From Dehalococcoidia bacterium (GTDB lineage Bacteria; Chloroflexota; Dehalococcoidia; Lucifugimonadales; Lucifugimonadaceae): DNA of 64,000 nucleotides. The notes beneath the pieces were generated by a model, which was given only the letters and a program-made list of their open reading frames with translations, searched no databases and was not told where the DNA came from. The position numbers and the translations under genes were made by a program. Below are positions 28,651-38,149 of this stretch, one piece after another. The DNA lies in contig JASLLE010000002.1 of NCBI GenBank assembly GCA_030747175.1, forward strand, positions 21,172 to 85,171, given 5' to 3'. Numbering within the stretch: the first letter of the stretch is position 1; each line of letters starts with the position of its first letter.

Positions 28651-29976
28651 GTGATTTCAGACCCTCGACCTCACCCGGAAAGCCTGCCACGCGTTGCGCG
28701 CACGCCGTTTTACTACGGCTGGATCATCCTGGTTATCGCCGCACTCGCCAGTTTCGCCTCGGCTCCCGGGCAGACCTACACATTCTCCGTATTCCAGGAC
28801 TCGTTTATCGAGGGCCTCGGCGTGAGCTCCACGACGATCTCCGCCCTCTACCTGCTCGGGTCCCTGACCGCCGCCGGTTCGGTGATCTTCATCGGTCGTG
28901 GTCTCGACAGGTTTGGCCCGCGAATCATGCTTGTCGTCGCAGCACTTACGCTCGGACTCGGCGCGATCTGGCTCTCCCGGGTCGATGGAGCGTGGCAGCT
29001 TTACGTGGGCTTCGCAATCATGCGGTCCTTCGGCCAGGGCGCGCTGCAACTGATTCCCTCGACCGTCGTCTCGATCTGGTTCGTGCGCAAACGTGCCATG
29101 GCGCTGGCGTTGATGGCCCTCGGTGGATCACTTGCCGGGGGAACTTTTCCGCTCTACGCAGACGCGCTCATCGATGGCGTTGGCTGGCGCTCGGCCTGGA
29201 TTGCGATAGCGATCACGACGTGGGGGCTCCTGATCATTCCGGCGATCATTTTCGTGCGGTCCAGCCCGGAATCGATCGGTCTCCTCCCCGATGGTGATGC
29301 CGTGGCCGGGGATGACGGCGATGGGGACGAAAGCGCAACGCATCCCGGCTACGAGCGCACCTGGACCGTTGGCCAGGCGATGCGAACGCGCGCGCTCTGG
29401 CTCCTGATATTTGCCGGATCGGCGCAATCGCTCGTCGGGACCGGCGTCATGTTCCAGCAGGTCTCGATCATGACCTCAAAAGGGCTTTCCACGTCCGTGG
29501 CCGCAGGCGTGTTCGCCGTGTTTGCGCCGACCGCGATCAGCGGCCAGTTCCTTTCGGGATACCTGGCCAGCAAGGTCAGGTCTCGTTACCTGCTGGCGGC
29601 CGGGCAGGGCGGGATCGTCGTCGCCATGATCCTGCTGCTCAGCGCCTCCGAGTTGTGGCAGGCCTACCTGTACGGTGCGGTACTCGGCGTCACGATGGGC
29701 TTCCTGATGAACACCAACCAGGTGATCTGGCCCGTGTATTTCGGCAGACGCAACCTCGGCAGCATCCGTGGAGTGACCAACTTCGGCATGATGACCGCTG
29801 CCGCCTTCGGCCCCCTGCCGCTGGCACTGGCGCTGGACATCACCGGCTCCTATACGCCCGGCCTGATCGCTTACATGATCCTGCCGCCGCTCTGTGGAGT
29901 TGCAGCGCTTATGGCTGGGAATCCGTTGACAGGTAGTAGCGGCCCGGCCGGCGGCCAGCCTGTGCCCGTCCAGTAG
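28651..29976 (+). CDS. MFS transporter
   Basis: 12-TMS pattern from FYYGWIILVIAALASF, with GRGLDRFGPR as motif A. Confidence 0.85.
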   Translation: MISDPRPHPESLPRVARTPFYYGWIILVIAALASFASAPGQTYTFSVFQDSFIEGLGVSSTTISALYLLGSLTAAGSVIFIGRGLDRFGPRIMLVVAALTLGLGAIWLSRVDGAWQLYVGFAIMRSFGQGALQLIPSTVVSIWFVRKRAMALALMALGGSLAGGTFPLYADALIDGVGWRSAWIAIAITTWGLLIIPAIIFVRSSPESIGLLPDGDAVAGDDGDGDESATHPGYERTWTVGQAMRTRALWLLIFAGSAQSLVGTGVMFQQVSIMTSKGLSTSVAAGVFAVFAPTAISGQFLSGYLASKVRSRYLLAAGQGGIVVAMILLLSASELWQAYLYGAVLGVTMGFLMNTNQVIWPVYFGRRNLGSIRGVTNFGMMTAAAFGPLPLALALDITGSYTPGLIAYMILPPLCGVAALMAGNPLTGSSGPAGGQPVPVQ

Positions 29977-30194
29977 TCGGAGGAGTTGTCTGCCGGGCAA
30001 AAACCGGGCTGTGTGTCATGCAGATCGGGAATCCGAGAATCATCGTTGCTGACCGCATACGCCAGCATGAACTCGGTTTCCGCTTCCAACGGCAGCGTGA
30101 GAGCGTCGGCTTCGAACTCCGGGCCGAGGCCTTCCCCGGGTACGGTGCGGATGCAGCCTTCGCCTCCTGCGATCCCTGCTCGCAAGTCGTCCAT
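29871..30194 (-). CDS. Hypothetical small acidic protein (doubtful)
   Basis: GC3-rich ORF with a weak AAGG upstream. Its last 106 nt overlap the convergent MFS gene. Confidence 0.25.
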   Translation of the reverse strand: MDDLRAGIAGGEGCIRTVPGEGLGPEFEADALTLPLEAETEFMLAYAVSNDDSRIPDLHDTQPGFCPADNSSDYWTGTGWPPAGPLLPVNGFPAISAATPQSGGRIM

Positions 30195-30304
30195 TCTTTC
30201 AGCCTTCGGGGAGACCCTTACCGGTATCGAATCAGCCGTGGTTCGACACAGGACAATGTGTAGGCTAGCCCCTCACGCCTGAAACCCGATTCCTGAGAGA
30301 TTGA

Positions 30305-31126
30305 ATGCCAGCAAAACGAGTCCTTGTAACCGGGGCAAGTGGCCAGATCGGCTACATGACCTTCAAGCGGTTACTTGAGCAACCCGACAGGTACGAAGTT
30401 TATGGTCTCGACCGGAAACAGGCGCCGTCGGAGCGGGTGCCGGGATCGTGGCGGTTGGAACTCCCAGAAGACAGGTTCTCGGTCTGTGACCTGTCCGACT
30501 TTGCGGCGGTTCGGGCCGCTGTGGACACGATGGACGTGGTTGCTCATCTTGGAGCAGATCCGGACGGTAACGTGTGGGAGAGCGTTCTACAAAACAATAT
30601 CGTCGGCACTTACAACGTTTTTGAGTCGGCCCGTCAGGCGGGCGTGAACAGGGTTGTCGCCGCTAGCAGCATCATGGTCTCGCAAGGCCATAGAGAATTA
30701 GAGCCGTACAGGGCGATGACCGAACGTCGGCTCGATGACATCCCGAGCGAGTTTCAGATGATCTCTCCGGACATACCTCCGCGCCCGACCGGTATCTACG
30801 GCGCGAGCAAGGTGTGGTCTGAATCACTGGCCCGCGTATATTCCCATTCACATGAAATGTCGTGCATTTGCATTCGAATTGGCCAGGTCGAGCGTGACCG
30901 GCCACGACCATCTCAGGGAGCCGATATTTACGTCAGCCAGCGCGACATCGTCCAGGTGATTGAGAGATCAATCAACGCCCCGGACGATGTCAGATTTGAC
31001 GTGTTCTACGGGATGTCCGACAACGACTACCGCTGGGTTGATATCGACCATGCCAGGGACGTGATCGGCTTTGTTCCGCAGGACCGGGCCGAAGACAATC
31101 ACACTTACGACAGCCCGGCGTTGTGA
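30305..31126 (+). CDS. NAD-dependent epimerase/dehydratase-family SDR (uronate dehydrogenase-like)
   Basis: VLVTGASGQIG Rossmann motif and the YGASKVW catalytic YxxxK. Confidence 0.8.
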   Translation: MPAKRVLVTGASGQIGYMTFKRLLEQPDRYEVYGLDRKQAPSERVPGSWRLELPEDRFSVCDLSDFAAVRAAVDTMDVVAHLGADPDGNVWESVLQNNIVGTYNVFESARQAGVNRVVAASSIMVSQGHRELEPYRAMTERRLDDIPSEFQMISPDIPPRPTGIYGASKVWSESLARVYSHSHEMSCICIRIGQVERDRPRPSQGADIYVSQRDIVQVIERSINAPDDVRFDVFYGMSDNDYRWVDIDHARDVIGFVPQDRAEDNHTYDSPAL

Positions 31127-31206
31127 CCCTCTCCCCGGTAACCCTGTGATACCTTGCGGCCCGCAGGCTGACCAATCAAGCACAGGCCCAAAGGGGAGTC
31201 TCGACC

Positions 31207-31884
31207 GTGGCGACATCTCAAGATCCGATCCGATCCCGCCCTATACAGGTCAACCAGATCCCCTGGGTAGAGGGCGGCCCGGGCATGCGGACCCGCCCGC
31301 TCTGGGAGGACGAGGCGACCGATCGCAAGGCGCACATCGTCGAGTTCGAGCCGGGAGCGGGAATGGCCCTGCACCGGCACGTCGGTCACGAGCTCATCTA
31401 CCTGATCGAGGGCTCGCTCGTTGACGAGTCCGGGACGCTCAGACCGGGCAATGTCGCTTACCGGCCAGATGGCTGCGTCCACTCAAACTCCAGTCCCAAC
31501 GGCGCGATCGCGCTTGCCATCATCACCGGCGGCAATGAATCCGCCACAGAAATCGGCGATGCGCCCGGATCCCAGATCTACGTGCCGGAAAACCTTCCGT
31601 GGCAGCCGACGCCCCGCGGTACCTACACGAAGCCGCTGGTCGCCAACGAGGCCGCCAACATGACTGCGGCGATCAACCGATTCCCGACGGGCGCGGGCAT
31701 CCCGACGCACCGGCACATCGGCGACGAACTCATCTTCGTGATCGAGGGTGCGAGCGCGGACGAGTCTGGTGCGATCACTCCCGGCAACATGAGCTACCGA
31801 CCCAACGGCGCGGTGCATACGGTCAGCACGGCGCTGGGCGCAACCGTTTTCGGCGTCGTCTGGGGCCGTACCGAAGCCCTGTAG
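31207..31884 (+). CDS. Bicupin protein (ChrR-like cupin domains), paralog 2
   Basis: GTG start. GAGMALHRHVGHELIYLIEGSL and IPTHRHIGDELIFVIEGAS. About half or more of positions are identical to 27697-28404 by eye. Confidence 0.8.
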   Translation: MATSQDPIRSRPIQVNQIPWVEGGPGMRTRPLWEDEATDRKAHIVEFEPGAGMALHRHVGHELIYLIEGSLVDESGTLRPGNVAYRPDGCVHSNSSPNGAIALAIITGGNESATEIGDAPGSQIYVPENLPWQPTPRGTYTKPLVANEAANMTAAINRFPTGAGIPTHRHIGDELIFVIEGASADESGAITPGNMSYRPNGAVHTVSTALGATVFGVVWGRTEAL

Positions 31885-31902
31885 CGAGCGAGGAATCTGG
31901 AT

Positions 31903-32457
31903 ATGCCAAGAATTGAGCCGCTCAACGAACGCCACCAGGTCGCCCCGGAAGGCCTGGACGCCTTTGACAAGATCATGGGCTCCCGGAAAAAGCTGACCGG
32001 CGGGCCTATGGCGATGATGCTGCACTCGCCGGAGATGGCGTGGCGTACGACCCAGCTGAGCAACGAACTGCGATTCAATTCGTCGCTCCCGGAGAACGTC
32101 CTGGAGCTATGCGTCATCATCGGCGCGCGTGCGGCTGATAACGAGTTCACCTGGTCCGAGCACGTACCGTGGGGGCAGGAGGCAGGGGTCAGCGATGAAG
32201 CGATCGACGCTGTGGGCCGTCGCACCGAGGACATCTCGGCCCTGGATCAGACCGAGCAGCTCGTCATCGAGTTCGGCAACGAGCTCATGTATGACCGGGA
32301 TCTCAGCGACGCCACCTTTGAACGGGCAAGGGCGCTCTGGGGCGACCGGGGCGCGATCGAGATGTCCCACCTGATGGGCTACTACGGCATGATCGGCTGC
32401 CTCGTCCGCACCGCCCGGATGGACCCGCGCCCCAACGGCCCGCGATTTCCCGTGTAA
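31903..32457 (+). CDS. Carboxymuconolactone decarboxylase (AhpD-like) family protein
   Basis: GAGGAA followed by ATG. The size and the pattern ...LELCVIIGARAADNEFTWSEH... are typical of the CMD family. Confidence 0.7.
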   Translation: MPRIEPLNERHQVAPEGLDAFDKIMGSRKKLTGGPMAMMLHSPEMAWRTTQLSNELRFNSSLPENVLELCVIIGARAADNEFTWSEHVPWGQEAGVSDEAIDAVGRRTEDISALDQTEQLVIEFGNELMYDRDLSDATFERARALWGDRGAIEMSHLMGYYGMIGCLVRTARMDPRPNGPRFPV

Positions 32458-32466
32458 CGACGCCTG

Positions 32467-33642
32467 TTGTTCACCGGGGCGCCCACCCGCGGACAGAACG
32501 GATCTACGTTGAAAATCGAGAAGATCGAGACCTGGCTTGTTGATCGCTGGCTCACCGTCCGCGTCACCTGCGATGACGGCACGTATGGCGTGGGCGAGGG
32601 TAATTTCTGGAGCTACGCGGAAGCCAGCGAGAAGATCGCTCACCGGGTGATAGAAGACCTGCGCGGCACAGACGCGCGTGACCTGGATCGCATCTGGAAC
32701 CAGGTCTACCGCAAATACAGTTTCAGAAGTCCCGCGCTCACGGCGGCGATGTCCGCCATCGACGTCGCCCTCTGGGACATCCGCGGCAAGCGGCTGCAGG
32801 CGCCGGTCTGGGAGCTGCTCGGCGGCAAATACCGCGACAGGGTACGGGCAATCCCGCTGCTGGGCGCGTTCGGCACGCTGGAAGACCCCGCAACCTTCGT
32901 TGCCGCCGCGAGGAAGGTCAAAACCGCCGGGTACACGGCGCTCAAGATGACGCCATTCCCGAAAGGCTGGGGCCTCAAGACGTACCCGGACCTGATCCGG
33001 GGCAACACGGCGATCGTGGAGGCGGTGCGTGAGGAGGTCGGCTGGGAGTTCGACATCGGGATCGAGATCCACCGCAACATGTCGCCGTCCGAAAGCGTCG
33101 TCTTCGCCCGGCAGATCGAGAAATTCTTGCCTTATTTCTTTGAAGATCCTATCGCACCCGATAGCGTGCTGAGCATGGGCGATGTCGGCCGCCAGTTGAA
33201 CCTGCCGCTGGCCGTTGGCGAACGCAACAACACGCTCTGGGAGTTCCGGGAGTATTGCCAGCAACCCGGCGTGGCTTTCCTGAAACCGGACCTGGGACTC
33301 GCCGGCGGCTTCACGCACGTCCGCAAGATCGCAGCAATGGCCGAGAGCTTCCACATCCGCATGGCGCCGCACCACTTCCTGGGGCCGATCACGACGATGG
33401 CGTTGGTGCACATCGCCGCCGCCACGCCAAACTGGGACGTGAACGAATTCAACGTCGAAGAGGATACGTTCCGGGAACAGATCGTTACGGACATCGCGCA
33501 GGTCAAGGGCGGCTACTTCCAGATTCCCGAAACGCCCGGTCTCGGCACAGATATCGTGGTGGAAGAGATGGTGAAGCATCCCCGGGCCGCAAGCGCCGGA
33601 GAAACCGCCATCAGGCCGGACGGCTCGACCGCGCTCAGGTAG
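32467..33642 (+). CDS. Enolase-superfamily enzyme (mandelate racemase/galactonate dehydratase-like)
   Basis: LKIEKIETWLV...CDDGTYGVGEG capping domain. IDVALWDIRGKRLQAPVWELLGG. Metal-ligand contexts IGIEIHRN, FFEDPI and LAVGER. The start may be TTG at 32509. Confidence 0.85.
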   Translation: MFTGAPTRGQNGSTLKIEKIETWLVDRWLTVRVTCDDGTYGVGEGNFWSYAEASEKIAHRVIEDLRGTDARDLDRIWNQVYRKYSFRSPALTAAMSAIDVALWDIRGKRLQAPVWELLGGKYRDRVRAIPLLGAFGTLEDPATFVAAARKVKTAGYTALKMTPFPKGWGLKTYPDLIRGNTAIVEAVREEVGWEFDIGIEIHRNMSPSESVVFARQIEKFLPYFFEDPIAPDSVLSMGDVGRQLNLPLAVGERNNTLWEFREYCQQPGVAFLKPDLGLAGGFTHVRKIAAMAESFHIRMAPHHFLGPITTMALVHIAAATPNWDVNEFNVEEDTFREQIVTDIAQVKGGYFQIPETPGLGTDIVVEEMVKHPRAASAGETAIRPDGSTALR

Positions 33643-33830
33643 CCGGGAGAGCGCCCTTATTCCGGGGACGCCACCAGCGCCGCGCTCACGAGGGAGAATC
33701 GCTTGAAGCCGGGGCGGTCGTGTGTGCTCATCCCGAACAGCCCCTCGTGACTCGCCTCGGCCGTCTCCACCGTGGATTCGGCGACGGCGCCGGGGCGAAA
33801 GACATCCGAAAGGTGCTCAGCACCGGGTCG

Positions 33831-34879
33831 TTACGACAGCCATGCCGAGAGCCGCCAGTTGCGCACGCGCCGGACTATCTCGACGGCCTCATCACATATA
33901 ACAGTCTGGTCAATTCCGCTGGACAGCGGGAACTCAATAAACGAAATCAAGTTCTCGCCGTTGGCATCGTAGAAGACCCCACCATTCGGCCCGCGGCGAT
34001 CGACGATTGGACCGGCAGAAACGCCATCGGTGAGAAGGTCACCCCACCACCAGACATCGTAAAAAAGCTCCGCCTGGGCTTCACGATTAAGGTCGTTCCA
34101 ACTCGTGACGCCCCCGCGACTTCCGTCTCCCAGTTGTACTCCGTCAAGCCGCGATGAACGATCTGCGCCGCGACCGCGTCGCTCGTGTATCGGGATCCCA
34201 TGTGCTGGTACTGCCAGACGTGACACATTTCATGGATCAGCAACGCGATATTTACCGATGGGTTCTGGTTCTTGAAATAGATGGTATTGCCGAAGGTGAT
34301 CGCCGCTCCGTCAAGTGAAAGGAACCCGGCAAATCCGTGAACAACCCGTACATTGTTCAAGGCGATCGAGTCACCGTACACGCGGCGGACGGCCCACATT
34401 TCAAGCTGATTGAGACGCCGCGAGCGGGCCTGGCCGAAAAAAGTGGCGGTCTGAATGAGACCGAGCAGCGTAGGAAAAAAGACGAAGATTGCGCCCAGCA
34501 CGCCTGAGAAAATGTCCCAGATGCCCTCCAGTATCAAGCTGCCGTCGAGACTGAGAATCCCGCCGACGATGCGGATCGCCCCGGCGAGCGCGCCGCCGAT
34601 GATTGAACCAACGGCTTTGATCGCGGTGGCCGCCTGTCTGAACACCCATGAGATGGTGTCTCCGATCCAGTCAAAGATCGCCTCAAGCACTCCGCCGACC
34701 CCCGGAATCCGGCCGAGTTGATCTCCAATCCATCCGAATGCGTCCTGGAATGCAGAACCGACCGTCTCGATCACATCGCTGACGAACTCAACGACGGCAT
34801 TTACGGCGTCCTCAACGAATTCAGCGACGTCATCGGCCGCGTTGCTTAGCCACCGTGCGGCTCGGCGTAACCATCCCAT
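33831..34879 (-). CDS. HExxH (DUF4157-like) putative metallopeptidase with a hydrophobic Gly-rich N-terminal region; apparent frameshift in a G5 run
   Basis: AAGGAGA followed by ATG at 34879. NNVRVVHGF..DGAAITFGNTIYF....ALLIHEMCHVWQYQH fits the DUF4157 pattern. At the C5 run 34111-34115 (G5 on the coding strand) the reading frame switches to that of ORF 33831-34226 (GVTSWNDLNREAQAELFYDVWWWG...), which looks like genuine coding sequence. Confidence 0.55.
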
Positions 34880-34995
34880 CGGATTCTCCTTGAAGCGTGC
34901 AGGAGTTGCCGGATACGTTCGCCGGTACTTTATCAAGGCCTCGGAATTCGGACGTTGGACTGGGGTATGTGACCGAAATTCGGACCGGTAATCTA

Positions 34996-35034
34996 GTAAA
35001 CAAGAAAGCCCCGAAATGTCTGTATTCGGGGCCT
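34996..35034 (-). terminator. Rho-independent terminator after the 111-aa ORF
   Basis: GCCCCGAA(35008-15)/TTCGGGGC(35025-32) with a 9-nt loop, followed on the minus strand by TTTCTTGTTT. Confidence 0.6.
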
Positions 35035-35076
35035 TGAAGATCGTGGGGATGTCCGACGAGGGAAACCGTCTGAGGG

Positions 35077-35412
35077 TTACAGCAGTAGGCGCAATTCCGC
35101 TTCCTGGAACTGGCGCTGGCGGATATTACGATCCTTGATGGGACCGATCGGATCGACAGCGAACACGGGTAATTCGGCCTGGCCGATCTCTCTCGCCGTG
35201 CCTACGATCCCTTTGGCATCACGATTCTGAGGCAGAGGAAATGCGATCCGCACCCTCATGCCGTTCAGATCACGGGCTATGCCCAAGTTATCCCCCATAG
35301 GATTGGTTAAATACCTAGTGGTACTACCTAATTCTATGATCGACGCCCTGCCCGTTTCGTTCAGTAAACGGCCGGTAACGATAAGGTGTTCATCCGGTCT
35401 TGGCGAACACAT
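35077..35412 (-). CDS. Hypothetical protein, no family recognised
   Basis: The ORF is followed by a clean terminator. Local GC is lower than in neighbouring genes. The start is uncertain; an internal ATG would give 73 aa. Confidence 0.4.
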   Translation of the reverse strand: MCSPRPDEHLIVTGRLLNETGRASIIELGSTTRYLTNPMGDNLGIARDLNGMRVRIAFPLPQNRDAKGIVGTAREIGQAELPVFAVDPIGPIKDRNIRQRQFQEAELRLLL

Positions 35413-35518
35413 CGAGTAGCTGGTTCACCCCGAAAACGAGTAGCGCGCGATCTTGAAAACTGGAAAGTCCGGGATGATGGGGCGCCGGGCGCTGGCGTCG
35501 ACTCAACCGGTGAGGCGC

Positions 35519-37102
35519 CTACCCCGCCGACCACGATGGTTTTTCGCTACGCACGTCGAACCATTCTTCGGGGACCGGCCCGGCGTAGGGCGCTTGCTCA
35601 AACCTGGGCGGTGATTCGGTAACGCGTGGATCATCCTGGGCGCGAAGAACCGCCATCAATCGCGAGTTCAACTCTGATCGGACCTCTCCGTACTTCGAGT
35701 CTTCTGCAACGTTGGTCATGTAATCGGGATCGGATCGAAGGTCATACAGCTCCTCCTGCGGGCGTTTGCCGAAACCCAGCCAGAACAGCGGCTCGACCTC
35801 CTCCTCCGCCCGGTTGTAGATCATCCAGACCTTGGTCGGACTCTTATCGAGGTCTGAGAACGCCGTTTCGTACGCCGCCAGCAGCACTTCTTCGGACGGC
35901 GGTTTCGCGGAGAGATCGTCGAGGCCGCCCGGGTCTCCTGCGGGCCATCGATCAGGCTCGAAGTTGTAGATGTACAGGTAGTCCGCCGTGCGTATGGCGC
36001 GCTGCGGGTAAGGGAGGTGTCCTTCCCGTGCGGACGCGACGTGTCGCTCCCGGCCCGTCACGACGAAAATGCGTTCCGGCTCTACCTGCCCGCTCACCTC
36101 GGACTCAAGCAGCGGCAGGAGGGAAGTGGCGGTCATCGAGTCAGGGATCTCGACTCCGGCCACGTCCAGAAAGGTCGGTCCGAGGTCCATCAGGTTTACA
36201 AAGTCATCTATGACCCTGCCGGGCGCGATCTTCCCGGGCCAGCGCGCTGCTAAAGCGACTTCGGTCCCGATGTTGTACAGGTTGCACTTGGCCCGCGGAA
36301 AGCCGGGGATTCCGTGGTCTCCGCTGACGACGACGATGGTGTTGTCCAGCTCGCCGGCCGCCTCCAATCGGTCCAGGATCACGCCCAGTCCGGCGTCGAA
36401 CGCCGTGCACTCGCCGAGGTAGTCGTTGAAGTCCTCCCGGACCTCGTGGACATCGGGAAGGAACGCCGGCATACGGCCCTTCAGATCGTCAGGATCAAGT
36501 CCCCAGATGGCTTTGCCGGACCCGCGCTCCCACGTGCGATGTGTGTTGGTCGGCCCCCACCAGTAGCAGAACGGCGAGTCTTCGGGACGCGAGGCCATGA
36601 AACGGTCGAAATTACTACGGACTTCTTCGTACAGGTATTCTTTAGCGCTTTCGATGCCTCGTTCTGCCCCGATCTGTGTCGCCTCGTGCGAGAAGCTGTT
36701 GAAGGCAACACCGGAAGACTCGTAAGCGGTGCGAGCGCCGCCGTAAGGCGCGTTGATCGCAACTCCCGGGGACCACACCTTGTAGGTGTAGCCGATGTGA
36801 TAGTCGGCGTCCTCGAGTAACAGCGGGTATGTCGGGATGCTCTCGTCCCAGCGCGCCCCCTGGAGGATCGCGCCCATCCCTGTCTGCCAGAAGTAGCTGC
36901 CCGAGAGGATCGAACTTCGGCAGGGTGTGCAGGTCGGAGCCGGGACATGCGCGTTACGGAAAATCACCCCTTCGTTTGCGATCCGATCGAAGTTGGGCGT
37001 CTCGATTAGCTCGTGGATAGTACTCTCGCCCGGAAAGCCGCGATACGCACTGGCATATCGACCCCAATCGTCGGCAAACGCAAACACGATATTGGGCTTC
37101 AA
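35519..37102 (-). CDS. Cys-type sulfatase, no signal peptide
   Basis: GGAGGA followed 5 nt later by TTG at 37102 gives LKPNIVFAFADDWG. The longer ORF to 37261 reads through a repeat element. PAPTCTPCRSSILSG carries the CxPxR motif, and VVSGDHGIPG is present. Confidence 0.85.
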   Translation of the reverse strand: MKPNIVFAFADDWGRYASAYRGFPGESTIHELIETPNFDRIANEGVIFRNAHVPAPTCTPCRSSILSGSYFWQTGMGAILQGARWDESIPTYPLLLEDADYHIGYTYKVWSPGVAINAPYGGARTAYESSGVAFNSFSHEATQIGAERGIESAKEYLYEEVRSNFDRFMASRPEDSPFCYWWGPTNTHRTWERGSGKAIWGLDPDDLKGRMPAFLPDVHEVREDFNDYLGECTAFDAGLGVILDRLEAAGELDNTIVVVSGDHGIPGFPRAKCNLYNIGTEVALAARWPGKIAPGRVIDDFVNLMDLGPTFLDVAGVEIPDSMTATSLLPLLESEVSGQVEPERIFVVTGRERHVASAREGHLPYPQRAIRTADYLYIYNFEPDRWPAGDPGGLDDLSAKPPSEEVLLAAYETAFSDLDKSPTKVWMIYNRAEEEVEPLFWLGFGKRPQEELYDLRSDPDYMTNVAEDSKYGEVRSELNSRLMAVLRAQDDPRVTESPPRFEQAPYAGPVPEEWFDVRSEKPSWSAG

Positions 37103-37124
37103 GGGATCCTCCTGTGGGGTGGAA

Positions 37125-37262
37125 CGTTGCCCCCCCTCCCGGTGGGAGAGGGCCGGGGTGAGGGAGATCAGAGGTCCGGTCGGAAACCTGTATTTTTCGG
37201 GATGATGGCCTGTTGGTACAGTTTCCTCGTCCTTCCGATACCGGAAGGATCGGGATGACACT
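37125..37262 (-). repeat. Composite hairpin repeat (GGGAGAGGG-type module + inverted CCTTCCGATACCGGAAGG module)
   Basis: CCCCTCCCGGTGGGAGAGGG lies around 37130-37152. A perfect hairpin at 37231-37248 followed by GATCGGGATGAC is the reverse complement of the 9456-9485 core. Confidence 0.7.
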
Positions 37263-37336
37263 CAAAAATGATTCGGGTTCCCGTGGTCCTGGAAGCCCGC
37301 AGATGGGTGTGCCGCCATACACCCCTGCGGCACGCT

Positions 37337-38131
37337 TCATTCCGCGGGGGTCCAGCCTGCTCCGTCCTGCGGCGCGTAGCCAAGCACTTCCTTGGCGTGG
37401 GTGTTATCCCGAAATTTGCGCTTGTTATCCGAGGTTGCCCAGAAAATATCGAACTTCAGGTCGGCCGGGGCCTCTATGATCTTGACCGTAAGTTGTTGCA
37501 GGTCACGGTGACTTTGCCAGTTCGCCATGGAACGACCGGGTTGAGGAGCGTCTACCGGGGTTGTGTTGCTGATCCGGAGATTGATTACGGAGAGATCAGT
37601 GGTAATGGCATACAGCCGACCGAGGTCTTCGCCGAAGAGTTTTGTCACGCCGTAGATGTGGATCGGTTTCGGTTCGGAGGTCTCGGTAACCATCTCCCAC
37701 GAGTCCGGCATGGGGACATCTTCCCTGGACACGAGCGTTTTGTATGGCTCTTCCCACTCGTACCCGTTCGCCGTGGCGCCGGAACTTGCCAGGATCACAC
37801 GCGACACCCTTGACTGTCTCGCCACCTCCAGCACGTTGTAACAGCCGATGATGTTGGACTGCAGCATCGTGTCCCAGCTGCCGTCCATGCCGTCCGGGTC
37901 GCTCTGTCCGCCGGATGCGCCCAGGTTGACGACCGTGTCGACGCCATCAAATGCGGGCCAGAGTGACTCCATGTCGGATACATTCCCGATGAAATTACGT
38001 TCAGGAGGCAGGCCGTGCACGCCACGGCGGGACAGCGAGCTGATCTCGTAACGCTCTTCCAGCGCCGGGCGCATCACCGTGCCGACAATGCCGCTCAACC
38101 CGGTGATGAGGACTTTTCTCTTGTTGGCCAA
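37337..38131 (-). CDS. NAD-dependent epimerase/dehydratase-family SDR (uronate dehydrogenase-like), paralog of 30305-31126
   Basis: VLITGLSGIVG and YGVTKLF (YxxxK). Confidence 0.8.
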   Translation of the reverse strand: MANKRKVLITGLSGIVGTVMRPALEERYEISSLSRRGVHGLPPERNFIGNVSDMESLWPAFDGVDTVVNLGASGGQSDPDGMDGSWDTMLQSNIIGCYNVLEVARQSRVSRVILASSGATANGYEWEEPYKTLVSREDVPMPDSWEMVTETSEPKPIHIYGVTKLFGEDLGRLYAITTDLSVINLRISNTTPVDAPQPGRSMANWQSHRDLQQLTVKIIEAPADLKFDIFWATSDNKRKFRDNTHAKEVLGYAPQDGAGWTPAE

Positions 38132-38149
38132 TTAATCTTCTCCAGTAGA

